The notes: generated by a model not told the origin, from the sequence alone. A stretch of 64,000 bases of DNA from Eledone cirrhosa (GCA_964016885.1 OZ024749.1:22134001-22198000), one strand, 5' to 3'; shown: positions 1 to 17,402, counted from the first letter of the stretch. Made by a program: numbers and translations.

Positions 1-65
1 CTTTCTTCTATCCTACGCCATTTTGTTTCTGTGTGTGTGTTGTGTGCTCAGTTTGCGCATGTGCA

Positions 66-491
66 AAAACACTTATTAGCAAGACATACCCGTTCCAAAG
101 ACCCTCATGTATAGATAAGAAATGTATAACCTGTAAAATAAGCCCCCATATTAACTGTAAAACTAGAAATGTAGTGTATAGCATAAGATGTACTGAAGGA
201 CAATGTAGAAACAAAAATATAGTGTACATAGGTGAGACAGCTCGTAGTATAGGGGAACGAATAAATGAACACTGGCGAGACCTCCAAGATAATAAAGAAT
301 CATCTGTGCTCTACCAACATGCTAAGATAGAACACAGGGGTAGATTAGAGAGCATAGAAATAAAAATAGAATCCACGCACAGAAAAGACGCAATGTTTAG
401 GCAAATTACAGAGGCAGTAAGCATAAAAGAATTAAAACCAAAATTAAATAGAAAATATGAGTGGAACAGCAACATCACAACTTACAATTAA
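66..491 (+). pseudogene. PLE C-terminal GIY-YIG endonuclease fragment
   Basis: CIDKKCITC linker, NVVYSIRC..C..YIGETARSIGERINEH, H, R..TEA..I...KPKLN: the PLE GIY-YIG/CCHH pattern. Confidence 0.9.
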
Positions 492-768
492 GGACAAAAT
501 GAAAACACACACACACATAGAACAAACAACTTACAATTGAAAACACACACAAAATGAAAACACACACAGGACAAAATGAAAACACACACACACATAGAAC
601 AAACAACCAACCAACAATAAATAAATAAACAAATAGAAAAATGAACACAAACACACACAGACACCCGGATGTGGCACATGCGCAAACTGAGCACACAACA
701 CACACACAGAAACAAAATGGCGTAGGATAGAAGAAAGAAAAGGCACAGAAACGAAGAAAGGAATCCCC

Positions 769-813
769 AGTCACTGAAGAGGTCACAGAGTGTGTGACGA
801 AAGGACTATGACT
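769..813 (+). ncRNA. Type I minimal hammerhead ribozyme (family A)
   Basis: AGTCA-CTGAAGA-G-GTCAC(agagtgt)GTGAC-GAAA-GGAC-TA-TGACT; stems I and II pair. Confidence 0.85.
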
Positions 814-1038
814 ATATATATAAACAACTATCTGGTTGTGGAACCAACCAACCAGAAATTTATAATTTATAAGTTTGTAGATTTGTAAATTTATGAATTT
901 ATAAATATATAATAAATTGAAGTGAAAGCAACTGGTGCGTGTGTTTCTTATTGGCAACATGACCCTCCCAAAGTATAACAATATCGGTTTCAACACACGA
1001 TTTCAGATAAAGAATCTTGCTAAACAAATTCAGAAACG

Positions 1039-1079
<41 letters not shown>

Positions 1080-1169
1080 TATGCCATGTTTAATATCGCT
1101 TCTACAGGACTAGAACTGTTTCATTCAAAAGAAACCAGGATATATATATATATATATAATAACTGTTTC

Positions 1170-1325
1170 TGCTTTAGGCACAAGGCCTTTAATAACCCCA
1201 GTACATTACTGGTACTTTATTTTATAGACCCCATAAGGATGAAAAGCAAAGCTAATATCGGCATGATTTGAACACAGATCATAAAGGGGCATAAAGCATA
1301 TTGTCCAACGCTCTACCAATACTTT
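1170..1325 (-). mobile_element. SINE fragment (same family as 46690-46885)
   Basis: Reverse complement reads ...ttcaaatcatgccgatattagctttgcttttcatccttatggggtctataaaataaagtaccagtaatg, matching 46770-46850. Confidence 0.65.
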
Positions 1326-1561
1326 CCGGAAAGAAACAATGCAGTTATTAATAAGAGTTGAAATTAATGCATACCAGATTTTACATATACATATATGCAC
1401 TATTTTTTTTGCAGGAGTATTTGCTCTTACCCTGCAGCCAAATCGACCCCAGTACGTTACTGGTACTTGAATGGACATGTTTTTTGTCTCTAAAAAATTT
1501 TTGTCCGTTTCCGCCACTGCCCGTCAACTCAATCTTTCTATTTCTTCTTCAATTTCTCCTA

Positions 1562-1597
1562 TTTTCTGATGAAAGACTAGCGTCCGAAACGTTGAGA
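1562..1597 (+). ncRNA. Minimal hammerhead motif in a short dispersed non-coding repeat (about 1400-1690)
   Basis: TTTT-CTGATGA-A-AGAC(tagc)GTCC-GAAA-CG-TT-GAGA; stem I is weak (G-U). Paralogue with similar flanks at 20633-20668. Confidence 0.6.
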
Positions 1598-1689
1598 CTC
1601 TTTTCCTACTATAGCAAGCGTAAAACTGATAATATATTTCTTCATTGAAATGTGATGTTTGCTTTGTTGTTTCTGTTTGCCTTTATCAC

Positions 1690-2660
<971 letters not shown>

Positions 2661-3695
2661 GTATATAGAAAAAAAAACTCTTTTTTAGAACCTCTGAACT
2701 GATTGTGAATTCTCAATATGTTAACTTCAAGTTAACAACTTCAAAGCAGGATTTTCCCAATGAAAAATAGTTTCGAGTTCAACAGATGTCATTGTCCCAC
2801 TTTGTTTCCGTCTCTTGGGGTTTATATAACCACTTTGGTAGACTGTTTTATAGTCAGTCATGTCTTCCCCTCCCCCTCCCCTCCCCTCTCTCTCTCTCTC
2901 TACATACATACACCTGACATCACTCGATTCTCTCTTCCTCTACATTTTAATCACTTCTTTATTTTATTACGCCTTCGAAGTTTTGCGAGATTTTTCAAGA
3001 TTTTTCAAGATTTCATTTGTCTGTTTTCTTTTCTTTCTTTGTTCTTTTTTTGTCTGATTATTTTTTTCATTAGTTCTATTTTTATCTATATCTACTCTAT
3101 ATATATACTAAGGTGACTATTTCTGGGCTGAAGATGTGCTGAAGGTTGGTACCTAATATCACCGCCATTACTAACTTTCACCACACACAAATATTTCTTT
3201 TTTCCTCAGTTTTTTTATTACTTTGTAATGTTCGTTTTGTTTTATTTTATTCTATTCTTGTTTTTTACTTTTTGTTGTTTTTGTTTTCCTATGTTTATGT
3301 TTTGTTTTTCCACACAAGAATCTTTCTATTCTTTCATCCGTTCTTATTTTTATAATTTTTATTTTATTTTTACTGACGTAATTCACAGCTTCCTTTTGTT
3401 GATAAGATTTATTTCACCCGGCTGCCATTTTGTTGTGGTAGGGATAAGGAGCAGAGGGTGGGGGAAGAGGATGGAGGGGATGAGAAGGTATAGGTTGAGG
3501 TGAAAGAGGAGGAGGTGTTCCCACTTTTCTAGTCGTTGTTCGTATATTGTGTAGGGGTAGTGACGGGGATAAGGTGCGCAGTTGGTGATGGGGGGAAAGT
3601 TCACACATTTTCAGACGTTATTCGTAGCTTGTTTTGGAGTCGGGTGGGTGGGGGTGCGGGTTGTGTAAGGTGTGGGTGGTGTGGGGGTGGGGGTG

Positions 3696-4112
3696 GTCAG
3701 CTAAACCTACATAGGTGTGAACTGTAAGAACAACATGAGAGACCTAGGGTCTCAGATCTTTAAAACAACCACGAAACCTCCTAGATGTAACTTTCTAACA
3801 GGTCAACTAAACCTACATAGGTGTGAACTATAACATGATATGTCTGGGGTCCCAGATCTTAAAAACAGCCACAAAACCTCCCATGAGATGTAACTTCGTA
3901 AGAGGTCAACTAAACCTACATAGGTGTGAACTGTAACATGGTAGACCTGGGGTCCCAGATCCTTAAAATACCCACGAAACCACTTATGAGATGTTACTTT
4001 CTAACAGGTCAGCTAACCCTACATAGGTTTCAACTGTAAGAACATGGTAGACCAAGGGTCCCAGATCTTAAGAACAACCACGAAACCTCCTATGGGAGGT
4101 AACTTTGTAGGG
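3696..4112. repeat. Tandem minisatellite, 4 copies of about 104 bp
   Basis: ctaaacctacataggtgtgaactg...cccagatc...ccacgaaacctc recurs at about 3700, 3807, 3910 and 4013. Confidence 0.9.
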
Positions 4113-4494
4113 ACTCAGTGTCAGCAATAGAAAGACCAATGGAAATACTTTATAGTTTTTCCATTTATCATACATATTTTACACTTCTTGTTGACATGTC
4201 CTCACATTTCCGGCTGAGTATTCCGTATCTAAAGACATGGATTCTTACATGAAACGACATCAGTTTTCCGACATTTGTTTTATTTTATTTTTCTTTGTTC
4301 TTTGTAAATATTTATTTGTATCGATTATGTCATTGTTTTGTAGCTGCCGTTGTTGTTGTTGTTGAGGGGTGGGTGATGGTGGTGGTGGTGTATATTTATA
4401 TATATATATATGTATATATATATGCATATTTATATATATATGCATATTTATTTATATATATGTATATATATATGTATATTTATATATATATGCA

Positions 4495-4536
<42 letters not shown>

Positions 4537-4798
4537 TATTTATATTTATATAACGGCGATGAATTAGTTTTGCGAGGTTTTTGATATGAAATCGTGTGTG
4601 GAAACAAATATTGTTATACATATTTGTGTAATAATATTGCCAGAATTAATAACAGAACACACTCACTGTTTGGTTGGTTTTCGCTTCTGTGTCCTTTATA
4701 TCGGTTAATTTAATTTATTCGGTCCTCAATGTTACCATTGACTGACCAACGGTCAAAAATACAGATACAATATAGACACAAACACATATATATAGTCT

Positions 4799-4841
4799 AA
4801 CAAAGTTCTTTCGTTTCACATCTGCAACATCGTCAGTGGTG
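4799..4841 (-). ncRNA. Hammerhead motif (family B), partly decayed
   Basis: Reverse complement: CA-CTGACGA-TGTTGCA(gatg)TGAAAC-GAAA-GAAC-TT-TG; stem I is short. Confidence 0.55.
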
Positions 4842-5566
4842 CTATTATGTTTCCTCCCGTTGTATGGTATGCTTACGCCATCTTTATTTAGTCTGTTTAT
4901 TTATTTATTTATTTGTTTTGTTTTTTTTGTCTTCTCTGCCCATGCGTTTGCGTGTGTGTATAGTGTTTTGTTTGATGTGTGTTCGTGTTTGGGTGACTGT
5001 GTATTGGTTATTGTATTCTATATTAGTTTGCTAGTGTGTGTTTATATGTGTTTGTTGTTATTGTGTTTGTGTATGTATTTATTTATTTATTTATTTATTT
5101 ATACTTCTCTTGGGTCAATGTTGTTTGTTTGGGTGTTGTTGTTATTCCATTCATTTCTTCTGTTTAGCCTTGGCCTTCTAAGTTCTATTTTGCTGGCCTC
5201 TCTGATTTGCCTATCTGCTGGGTCATTTCTATGTTTAGATATTATTCTAATTTCTATATTGTCTAAAGGAATGGAATAACAATAACACCCAAACATACAA
5301 CAGTGACCTAAGAGAAATATAGATAAATAAATAAATACATACACAAGCACAATAACAACAAACACATATAAAAACACACTAGCAAACTAAAATAGAATAC
5401 AATAACCAATACACAGTCACCCAAACACGAACAGCTGACATCAAACAAAACACTATACACACACGCAAACGCATGCGCAGAGAAGACAAAAACAAATAAA
5501 TAAATAAATAAACAAACTAAACAAAGATGGCCTAGGCATAAAATACAACGGGAGGAAACATAATAG

Positions 5567-5610
5567 CACCACTGACGATGATGCAGATGTGCAACGAAAG
5601 AACTTTGTTA
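5567..5610 (+). ncRNA. Hammerhead motif (family B), partly decayed
   Basis: CACCA-CTGACGA-TGATGCA(gatg)TGCAAC-GAAA-GAAC-TT-TGTTA. Confidence 0.55.
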
Positions 5611-5825
5611 GACTATATATATGTGTTTGTGTCTATATTGTATCTGTATTTTTTACCGTTGGTCAGTCAATGGTAACATTGAGGACCGAATAAATTAAAT
5701 TAACCGTTATAAAGGGCACAGAAGCGAAAAGCAACCAAACAGTGAGTGTGTTCTGTTATTAATTCTGGCAATATTATTTAACAAATATGATCCTCACCAA
5801 GTATAACTGTATTTATATATATATA

Positions 5826-5879
<54 letters not shown>

Positions 5880-5933
5880 TATTTATATATTTATATATAT
5901 ATGCATATTTATATATATATATATATATATGCA

Positions 5934-5998
<65 letters not shown>

Positions 5999-6000
<2 letters not shown>

Positions 6001-6150
6001 AAGGCGGGTAAAATTCCCGAGATCCATGGACGAGTTCTCTCCAGCGGTCTCTATCCCTCATTATCGCTGCCATGTCCTGCATCTCCAACAGACCAGTGTC
6101 TGTCCTTAGGGCATCAACATACGCTAACCTTGGTCTTCCTCTTCTAGTGT
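5999..6150 (-). mobile_element. RTE-clade LINE 3' stub
   Basis: Minus strand translates [43 protein letters not shown], the typical RTE ORF C-terminus. Flanked by (TA)n. Confidence 0.75.
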
Positions 6151-6166
6151 ATCCATATATATATAT

Positions 6167-6278
<112 letters not shown>

Positions 6279-6349
6279 ATACATATATATGGATATAGTT
6301 AGATATATAGATATGGATATATATATATGGATTAAGTTAGATCGCAGAT

Positions 6350-6450
6350 ATAAAAGACAGCGAGAAGCGAAAACCAACCAAACAGTGAGTGTTTTCTGTT
6401 ATTAATTCTGGCAATATTACACAAATATGACCCTCCCCAAGTATAACAAT
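6350..6450 (+). mobile_element. PLE family B extreme 3' fragment
   Basis: Matches 5710-5807 and 50838-50942 (gaagcgaaaaccaaccaaacagtgagtg...gaccctccccaagtataac). Confidence 0.8.
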
Positions 6451-6487
6451 ATATATATATCAATATATATATATATATATATATCCA

Positions 6488-6580
<93 letters not shown>

Positions 6581-6581
6581 A

Positions 6582-6661
<80 letters not shown>

Positions 6662-6679
6662 CCATATATATATATATAT

Positions 6680-6723
<44 letters not shown>

Positions 6724-6797
6724 ATATATATATATATATATATATATCCATATATATATATATATACATATACATATACATATATATATATATATAT

Positions 6798-6887
<90 letters not shown>

Positions 6888-7209
6888 CCATATATATATA
6901 TCCATATATATATATATATATATATCCATATATATATATATATATATATATGAATATATATATATCCATATATGGAAAGTTATATTTAAATTGTTGGGTT
7001 ACAACTAGTAAATATTTATAACTGATATAAAAGCACTCGACAAATATTTGGAGTATATTTACAATATTAAATAAATGGAAACTATATTTATAAAACCATA
7101 TTTATTTCATTATATATATTTCAGGGATATCATATTAACAATATGCTATGCCTGATATTGTATATCCATATATATATCTATATATATATATATGGATATA
7201 TATATATAT

Positions 7210-7299
<90 letters not shown>

Positions 7300-7411
7300 C
7301 GAAGGAAATGTGGTAAGGAACCAGGTGGACCATAACGCACCAAAGTACTCAATACTTGAGGTAGTAGAGTGGGTAATAGGAACCAGCTCAGCTGTCGGGG
7401 TCTTACTGGTT

Positions 7412-7445
<34 letters not shown>

Positions 7446-7982
7446 AACCACCTAGGTACTATGACATAACCTGTGTATTTGCTGGCATTAGCGTACATCT
7501 GTGCGCTTATGTTAGTAGATATATTAAATTATCTATATTTATCTCCAAATCACTGATTTGTCGAGCAAACCTGCCAAAACCACTTCTAAATTTTTTTTGG
7601 GGGTGTTAGTAGGCGTCTGTCATCTTACCATCCCATTCCTACTGACTAGCCTCTGTGTCACGTGATTGATTCTTTAGAATCGGCCATTTGACCAGTGGCA
7701 GTGAGAAATTTCGGTGCCTGGAATCCAGTCCTCGATAGCTGTTCCATTTACCGAATTATTATTATTTTTATATGAGTCCCCAGTGTCTGCGCATTGCCTG
7801 GAGACTTGGCTGAGAATAGATCTCCCTGATGACACAATGAAATTCTCAACAGTTCATTACGTAACTGTCTTTATCCCATTGCAGAAACTAATTAGTTGGA
7901 GTGAAAATTTAAGTAAGTTAATTTTTTTTTTTTTTTTTTTTTCTTATTTTACGTCTTTTATATATATATATATATAGATATA

Positions 7983-8265
7983 GATAGGTAAATATACACG
8001 GGTGTGTATGATTGTGTATAGAAGATTATATTAATAAGAGGAATTCCAACTTTGTCTGATTTACTCGTTTTATTTACAATCCTTTAAAATATATAATGGT
8101 ATTATAATGAAATAGTATGATAGAATATTAAATTCTAAGTGTTCAATTAACACTTAGAATTTAATATTCTATCATACTATTTCATTATAATACCATTATA
8201 TATTTTAAAGGATTGTAAATAAAACGAGTAAATCAGACAAAGTTAGAATTCCTCTTATTAATATA
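7983..8265. mobile_element. Fold-back palindrome of the Neptune-like PLE 3' end
   Basis: 8141-8265 matches about 34589-34712. About 7983-8143 is the reverse complement of about 34597-34757. (TA)n on both sides. Confidence 0.9.
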
Positions 8266-8342
8266 TATATATATATATATGGATATATATATATATATAT
8301 ACAAATGGATATATATATATATATCCATATATATATATATAT

Positions 8343-8392
<50 letters not shown>

Positions 8393-8468
8393 ATATATAT
8401 ATATATATATATATATCCATATATATATATATATATGGATATATATATATCCATATATATATATATAT

Positions 8469-8528
<60 letters not shown>

Positions 8529-8535
8529 ACATATA

Positions 8536-10146
<1,611 letters not shown>

Positions 10147-10150
<4 letters not shown>

Positions 10151-11171
10151 TTTCCTTCACCCCTCTCCCTCTTTCTTCTACTGGCAGGTTCAACTACCCC
10201 TTCCTCCCACAAATTGCCATGATAGAATTATGTGTCTCAACAACAAACTTTTGACCAATCCTTGTGACAATCACTTTTACCATATATGGAATTACCCCCT
10301 GAGAAGCATGGCTATTCATATACCAGGATAATATATGGATATATATATATATATATATATATCCATATATTATCCTGGTATATGTAGTTTGCACTAGAAT
10401 ATTTGTATCGTAGCGGCACCCTTAGAGATAGTATTAGTATTCTTTTTCGGGATTCTGAATTATTATTTCGTATTAGTTTATTTTTTGCACTGGGTGGTTG
10501 CTAGCCTTGTGCCTAGGATAGAAACCATTATTTTGTATTAGTCTCGGGACTCTGAATTATTATTTCGTGGTAGTTTCTTTAGTATTTTGGCCTCCCACTT
10601 GTTGACTCGTCACCGTAAGATATACTCGGTTGATTACTACTACCTCTTAAAAGGGTCTCATTATAATTCCGTCCCACCTAGTAAACCTTTCTTTAGTCTA
10701 GCCGTACCAGTGAGAGACTTGATAGCTGTCCTTAGGTTATAGTAACCAGAAATTGTTTTTTTTTTATATTCAATATTTTTTTAACATTCTTCGGTATTTT
10801 TCTATATATTTACCCCATATTGTTTTATTTATTGTTTCGACTTCCTCCCCCTCCCCATCCCTAGTATACTTTGCTTGACACCCTTCCCTGCTGTAGTTGG
10901 CACTATCAACGCACGACTGGGTTTCCTCCACCCCATCTCCCTCTTTCTTCTACTGGCAGGTTCAGCTACTCCTTCCCTCCACAAATTGCCATGATAGAAT
11001 TATTTCTCTCAACAACAAACTTTTGACCAATCCTTGTGACAATCACTTTTACCATATATGGAATTACCCCCTGAGAAGCTCGGCTATTCATATACCAGGA
11101 TAAAAATTTTCATTTAGTCCAGAATTAGCTGTCGAAACGGCCTGAGCTCAGCCGTCGGGGTCCTACTCGTT

Positions 11172-11175
<4 letters not shown>
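10147..11175 (+). mobile_element. Non-coding HHR-bearing element with about 185 bp terminal direct repeats (period about 770)
   Basis: 10147-10331 is repeated at about 10917-11103. No ORF homology. HHR at the 3' end, then (TA)n. Confidence 0.7.
11066..11161 (+). ncRNA. Type I hammerhead with long palindromic stem III and atypical CUGAGAA core
   Basis: ACCCC-CTGAGAA-g..ggctattc...gaattagctgtc-GAAA-CGG(c)CTGAGCTCAGCCG-TC-GGGGT. Confidence 0.7.
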
Positions 11176-11210
<35 letters not shown>

Positions 11211-11420
11211 TTTACGTATCGAGAAAGAGAAAAAAAGCGGGGATAGGTGATACATATAGTTATTTGCCAAGTAGCGTATGCCAAAGGTGCTCGATACTAG
11301 TGCCGGCAGTATTAAATATTCGAAGTGTTAATATTTAGTGGGCTAGAGAGTTAGCAGAGCATAAGCACGTGGGAAAGTAAAAAATCGGAGAATAGACCGT
11401 TAAAACATGTTTATTTAAAA

Positions 11421-11465
11421 TATCACCTACGTACGTTTCGCCCAGTTGGGCTTCTCAAGGGCATA
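11421..11465 (-). ncRNA. Hammerhead, U3-A8 core variant
   Basis: Reverse complement: TATGCCC-TTGAGAA-GCCC(aact)GGGC-GAAA-CGTACG-TA-GGTGATA. Confidence 0.7.
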
Positions 11466-11756
11466 AATAATCACAAGTGTTCCTTATATTGCTCGGAAAG
11501 AGTTTTGGGGGTTAAATCCACATCAAGGTTCATTGCTCGCAAAAATATCTTGTTTTGATTGTGCACCAGGTCAAGGGAGGTAACTCTGGCCGGTGTTCGG
11601 GCAGTCTTTCCCGGATAATTTTTTTTTTTTTTTTTTTGCCGCATCCGTTTGTCTGAGGCTGGGTCTGGTATGCAAGGATTGTTTTCTGGGTGTTATTTTG
11701 CAGCGCCTGCCCGCCTGGGTGTTAAGACCTGTTGCAGGGAGATCCAGTGTACTATT

Positions 11757-12851
11757 TCACTCTTCATCCTTAACCCATCTAAAGAAGGATATTTTTAAGC
11801 GATGTGTACAACTTATCGCTGTTTCAGCTCTGCTGTTGATGAGCTCGTGGGGTGCAGTTATGATGTGGTAGAGCTCCATGAGGCAAAGATCGCATTTCCT
11901 CTTGAAGTTGTACGGTGAAGCCCTGCCGACAATCTCCCAGTGCGTGGAGAAGCTGATGTTTAAGTCCTTTAGTGATGTGTTGTAGTCCGCGAGCGAAGTG
12001 GAGTGCCTTAGTTTTCTATTTGTGAAAGAGTGGAGATGTGTTCGAAACCTAATTTTGAACGGGCCGGAGGTGGCCCCTATATAATGTTTAACGCTATTGT
12101 GGCTAGTTATAGTGCATCTATATATAACCCTATCAGTCAAGCAGTATCCTCTAAGGGGGCAGCGTCCTCTGTCGCGGCAGTTGCAATTTCTGTCGCGGTT
12201 CCGTCTATTTCCCACGGTAAGGCTATCATTGTTGCTGCCTACGTTGTTACCTACGCTACCGCAGCTGTCGTTAGCACAATTACAACCCACAGCACGCGGG
12301 ATGGTGCGATTGTTATTCCGCACGTCATGTTCTGCATGTTCCCCAGTTACTTCGCGGTCATTCTGGTTGCGTCTGCGGATGCCGTTGCCAACACTATTGG
12401 ATGCTGCCAGGGAGTTGTTAAGGCCGATATAGTTATTGTCAGGTGTAGGTGCGTCTGTGTCGAGGTGCTGTGTCTTGGTCATCTTACTGTGGTTCGTTGT
12501 TCCTATGATGTCTGCTAGGTTAGGAGTAGTAGAGAAGAATATTTTTATATTGTTCCTATTAAGAATTTTTCTATACCTATGGTTGGGCGGGAAGTTCTTC
12601 TCTAAGGCTTCGAAGAACATCCGGGGTATGTTGGAGGCCACACTCCGAGAGTAGGAGGGGTGGAACCATAGGACGTTACGGTGGCGATTACGTGTCCTTG
12701 TACTTTTGCTACGGGTGGTTCCATCTAAGTGACCGCTCTTATGTGTGTTAATGCGCAGTCGCCCGTTCGGTGCCCCTTTCACTTTATGCTCGGGTGCACT
12801 CTTTCTACCTCTTCCATGTTTATGTACACGAAGATGTTGGTTGGACCCCAT
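11757..12851 (-). pseudogene. PLE linker plus GIY-YIG endonuclease
   Basis: RNVLWFHPSYS, CNC-x5-CPLRGYCL, YIGATSGPFKIRFRTH, CDLCLME, LINSRAE..SCTH. Confidence 0.88.
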
Positions 12852-12990
12852 CGTGACATCGAAGTTATCAGGACGGTTGGTTCTGGTCCAGTGGGAGCCT
12901 TCGAACTGGATAATGGTTCTACGTGCCGCTAGAATTATGTCTATTTCTTTTTTAGTGAGGCTAGTGTTAGGTCTAGCTAAGATAAGTGCC

Positions 12991-13806
12991 TTATTTAAGA
13001 GTATGGGGGGAGATAGAGGCGTAGTAGCTATCTATATCAAACTGGATGAATTTCAGGGTGGCTTTATCCGGCAACTCGGTGAACCAATTTATGACCTGGT
13101 CGGTGTTGCCCCAGAGGCAGACCTTAGCCTTTCTATTAAGCTCGAGTAGTACTCTGTCGAGGATCACTTTACTAATCTTACCTATATCTGATGTAGAGGG
13201 GCATATTAGTCTAATAGAGGGGCTTTCATTAAAGTCATATTTGTGATCCTTAAGAGAGAATTTAGGCGTCAGAGAGACGTACGGGTAAGTGTACTTTTCT
13301 ATTTCTAAGCTGGTGACTATATCCTTCCCTACTCTATTTATGTCATTTAGGGTACTAGAGGGTGTCTTTTTGTAGTCTTTGTGTAGTTCCTTATAGATGA
13401 ATTTTTTATACTCACTCGCGTCCATCTTGTACAGCTTTTTGGTTTTGTCGGAGGTGACGAAAAGGTGCGGGTCATTCCTGATCTTAGTTATTAGTGTATC
13501 AAGGGACATTAAGAATGGATTGCTGCATTGGTGTTTCTTTCTGAGCTTAACGTTTTTGATCATTTTCTGCAGGTCCTCTTCAAAGGAGTCCAGTAAGGTG
13601 TTGTGTGGTGGGTTTCGGTATGTTTTGAAACCATACTTCTCTTTGGGTTCAGGAAGGTTACGGGTGTTCTTATCCAGGGGGTAGGCCTTCCATCTGACTC
13701 TCCGTATAAACGAATTAGTAGCGTCTATAAGCAGTTTAATGTAGGTTTTTCTGCTGGGTAAGGGGATACACTTGAGAGACATGGGTAACGGCTGGTTCTC
13801 CAACAT
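12991..13806 (-). pseudogene. PLE N-terminal and RT fingers segment
   Basis: DK motif, RLICP, RT motif A FDIDSYYASI; frameshifted downstream. Confidence 0.85.
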
Positions 13807-13983
13807 AATGGTAAATAAGGTGAGATGCTCTACAAAAGGAGCACGGTAATATAGTATTTACGTATCGAGAAAGAGAAAAAAAGGGGGGATAGGTGATACA
13901 TATAGTTATTTGCCAAGTATCGTATGCCAAAGGTGCTCGATACTAGTGCCGGCAGTATTAAATATTCGAAGTGTTAATAGTAG

Positions 13984-15644
<1,661 letters not shown>

Positions 15645-15771
15645 TATATATATATATATATATATATATGTATGGATATATATATATGGATATATATATA
15701 TATATATGGATATATATATATGGATATATATATATATATGGATATATATATACATGGGTATATATATATAT

Positions 15772-15817
<46 letters not shown>

Positions 15818-15859
15818 GTATATCGATATATATATATATATATATATATCGATATATAT

Positions 15860-15972
<113 letters not shown>

Positions 15973-15981
15973 TATATATCA

Positions 15982-16049
<68 letters not shown>

Positions 16050-16070
16050 TATATATCAATATATATACAT

Positions 16071-16108
<38 letters not shown>

Positions 16109-16112
16109 TATC

Positions 16113-16872
16113 AATTAAGTTAAAAATGTACATCTACATATGCATACTGAAATACTAGTGTGTATATGAATACACACACGTATACATATGTAGGTGTACC
16201 AAGTCTTTCGCTGGTCGCTTTGTAAAGCGACCAGTGAAAGACTTGGTACACCTACATATGTATACGTGTGTGTATTCATATACACACTAGTATTTCAGTA
16301 TGCATATGTAGATGTACATTTTTAACTTAATTGTTTAAGCGTCAGTCATACAAAAGTGAGTTACAAACGAAACGAAATTTAATTTCGTTTCGTTATTTGT
16401 TTTTATCGTCTCCGCTGAACCGGTGCGTACTCACACTCTATGCAAATTAGTCTGCCCACTACTAATTTTCATAGAAAAAGCATATAACGATATGTGCTTT
16501 TACAATTCTCCAGAAAGGCCGGTAGATAGGTAAATATTGCTGATGAGTTGTAACAACAACGAAACAAGTTCAATATTCCTTGTCTGGCTTTCTGGAGAAT
16601 AGGGGGAAGGTGTTCCCCCTAAAAACCAGTATGACTCTAAAAACCGGTTTGTCTGTGTGTTTACATACAGAATAGTTGGGCCGCTCACTGTAAAGCGACC
16701 AGTGAAAGACTTGGTACACCTACATATGTATACGTGTGTGTATTCATATACACACTAGTATTTCAGTATGCATATGTAGGTGTACATTTTTAACTTAATT
16801 GTTTAAGCGTCAGTCATACAAAAGTGAGTTACAAACGAAACGAAATTTAATTTCGTTTCGTTATTTGTTTTT
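16113..16872. mobile_element. Non-coding HHR element, 468 bp unit, partial tandem plus inverted arm
   Basis: tgtaaagcgaccagtg at 16221 and 16689. 16113-16221 is the reverse complement of 16224-16332. (TA)n flanks. Confidence 0.88.
16533..16577 (+). ncRNA. Type I minimal hammerhead
   Basis: AATATTG-CTGATGA-GTTGT(aaca)ACAAC-GAAA-CAAG-TT-CAATATT; 7 bp stem I and 5 bp stem II pair perfectly. Confidence 0.92.
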
Positions 16873-16895
16873 ATATATATATCCATATATTATAT

Positions 16896-17000
<105 letters not shown>

Positions 17001-17096
17001 ATATATATATATATATCCATATATATATCTATATATATATACATATATATATATATCCATATATATATATATATCCATATATATATATATATATAT

Positions 17097-17133
<37 letters not shown>

Positions 17134-17172
17134 TATATATATCCATATATATATATCCATATATATATATAT

Positions 17173-17256
<84 letters not shown>

Positions 17257-17354
17257 ATATATTAATATATATATATATATATCCATATATATATATCCAT
17301 ATATATATATATCCATATTTATATATATATATAAATATTCATATATAAATATAC

Positions 17355-17402
<48 letters not shown>

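Larger units (their letters stand above)
1..1041 (+). mobile_element. 5'-truncated Penelope-like element (family A, possibly Nematis-like) with inverted 3'-UTR arm at 1-64
   Basis: GIY-YIG C-terminus followed by a 3' UTR with an HHR, ending in (TA)n. Bases 1-64 are the reverse complement of 674-737. Homologous to the minus copy at 8636-10150. Confidence 0.88.
4568..5810. mobile_element. Head-to-head inverted pair of PLE family B 3' ends
   Basis: Minus arm 4568-5268 encodes ...RQIREASKIELRRPRLNRRNEW. The plus arm from about 5269 is its reverse complement. Both arms end in (TA)n. Same family as 49479-50945. Confidence 0.88.
11207..13978 (-). mobile_element. PLE (probably Hydra clade) with pseudo-LTR repeat and internal RT deletion
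   Basis: 11207-11331 is directly repeated at 13853-13978. ORF from ATG 13806 (SLKCIPLP, DKTKKLYK, RLICP, FIQFDIDSYYASIS, FDVTMGS) jumps to the linker, then CNCRDRGRC (CxCx5C) and GIY-YIG (VIYRC..YIGAT..FKIRF..H..SF). Confidence 0.88.

Noticed and set aside
3128-3196. CTGAAGA followed by a long hairpin (HHR-like)
   Set aside because: GAAA is replaced by ACAAA and stem I is not evident; at most a dead remnant, so it was not counted.
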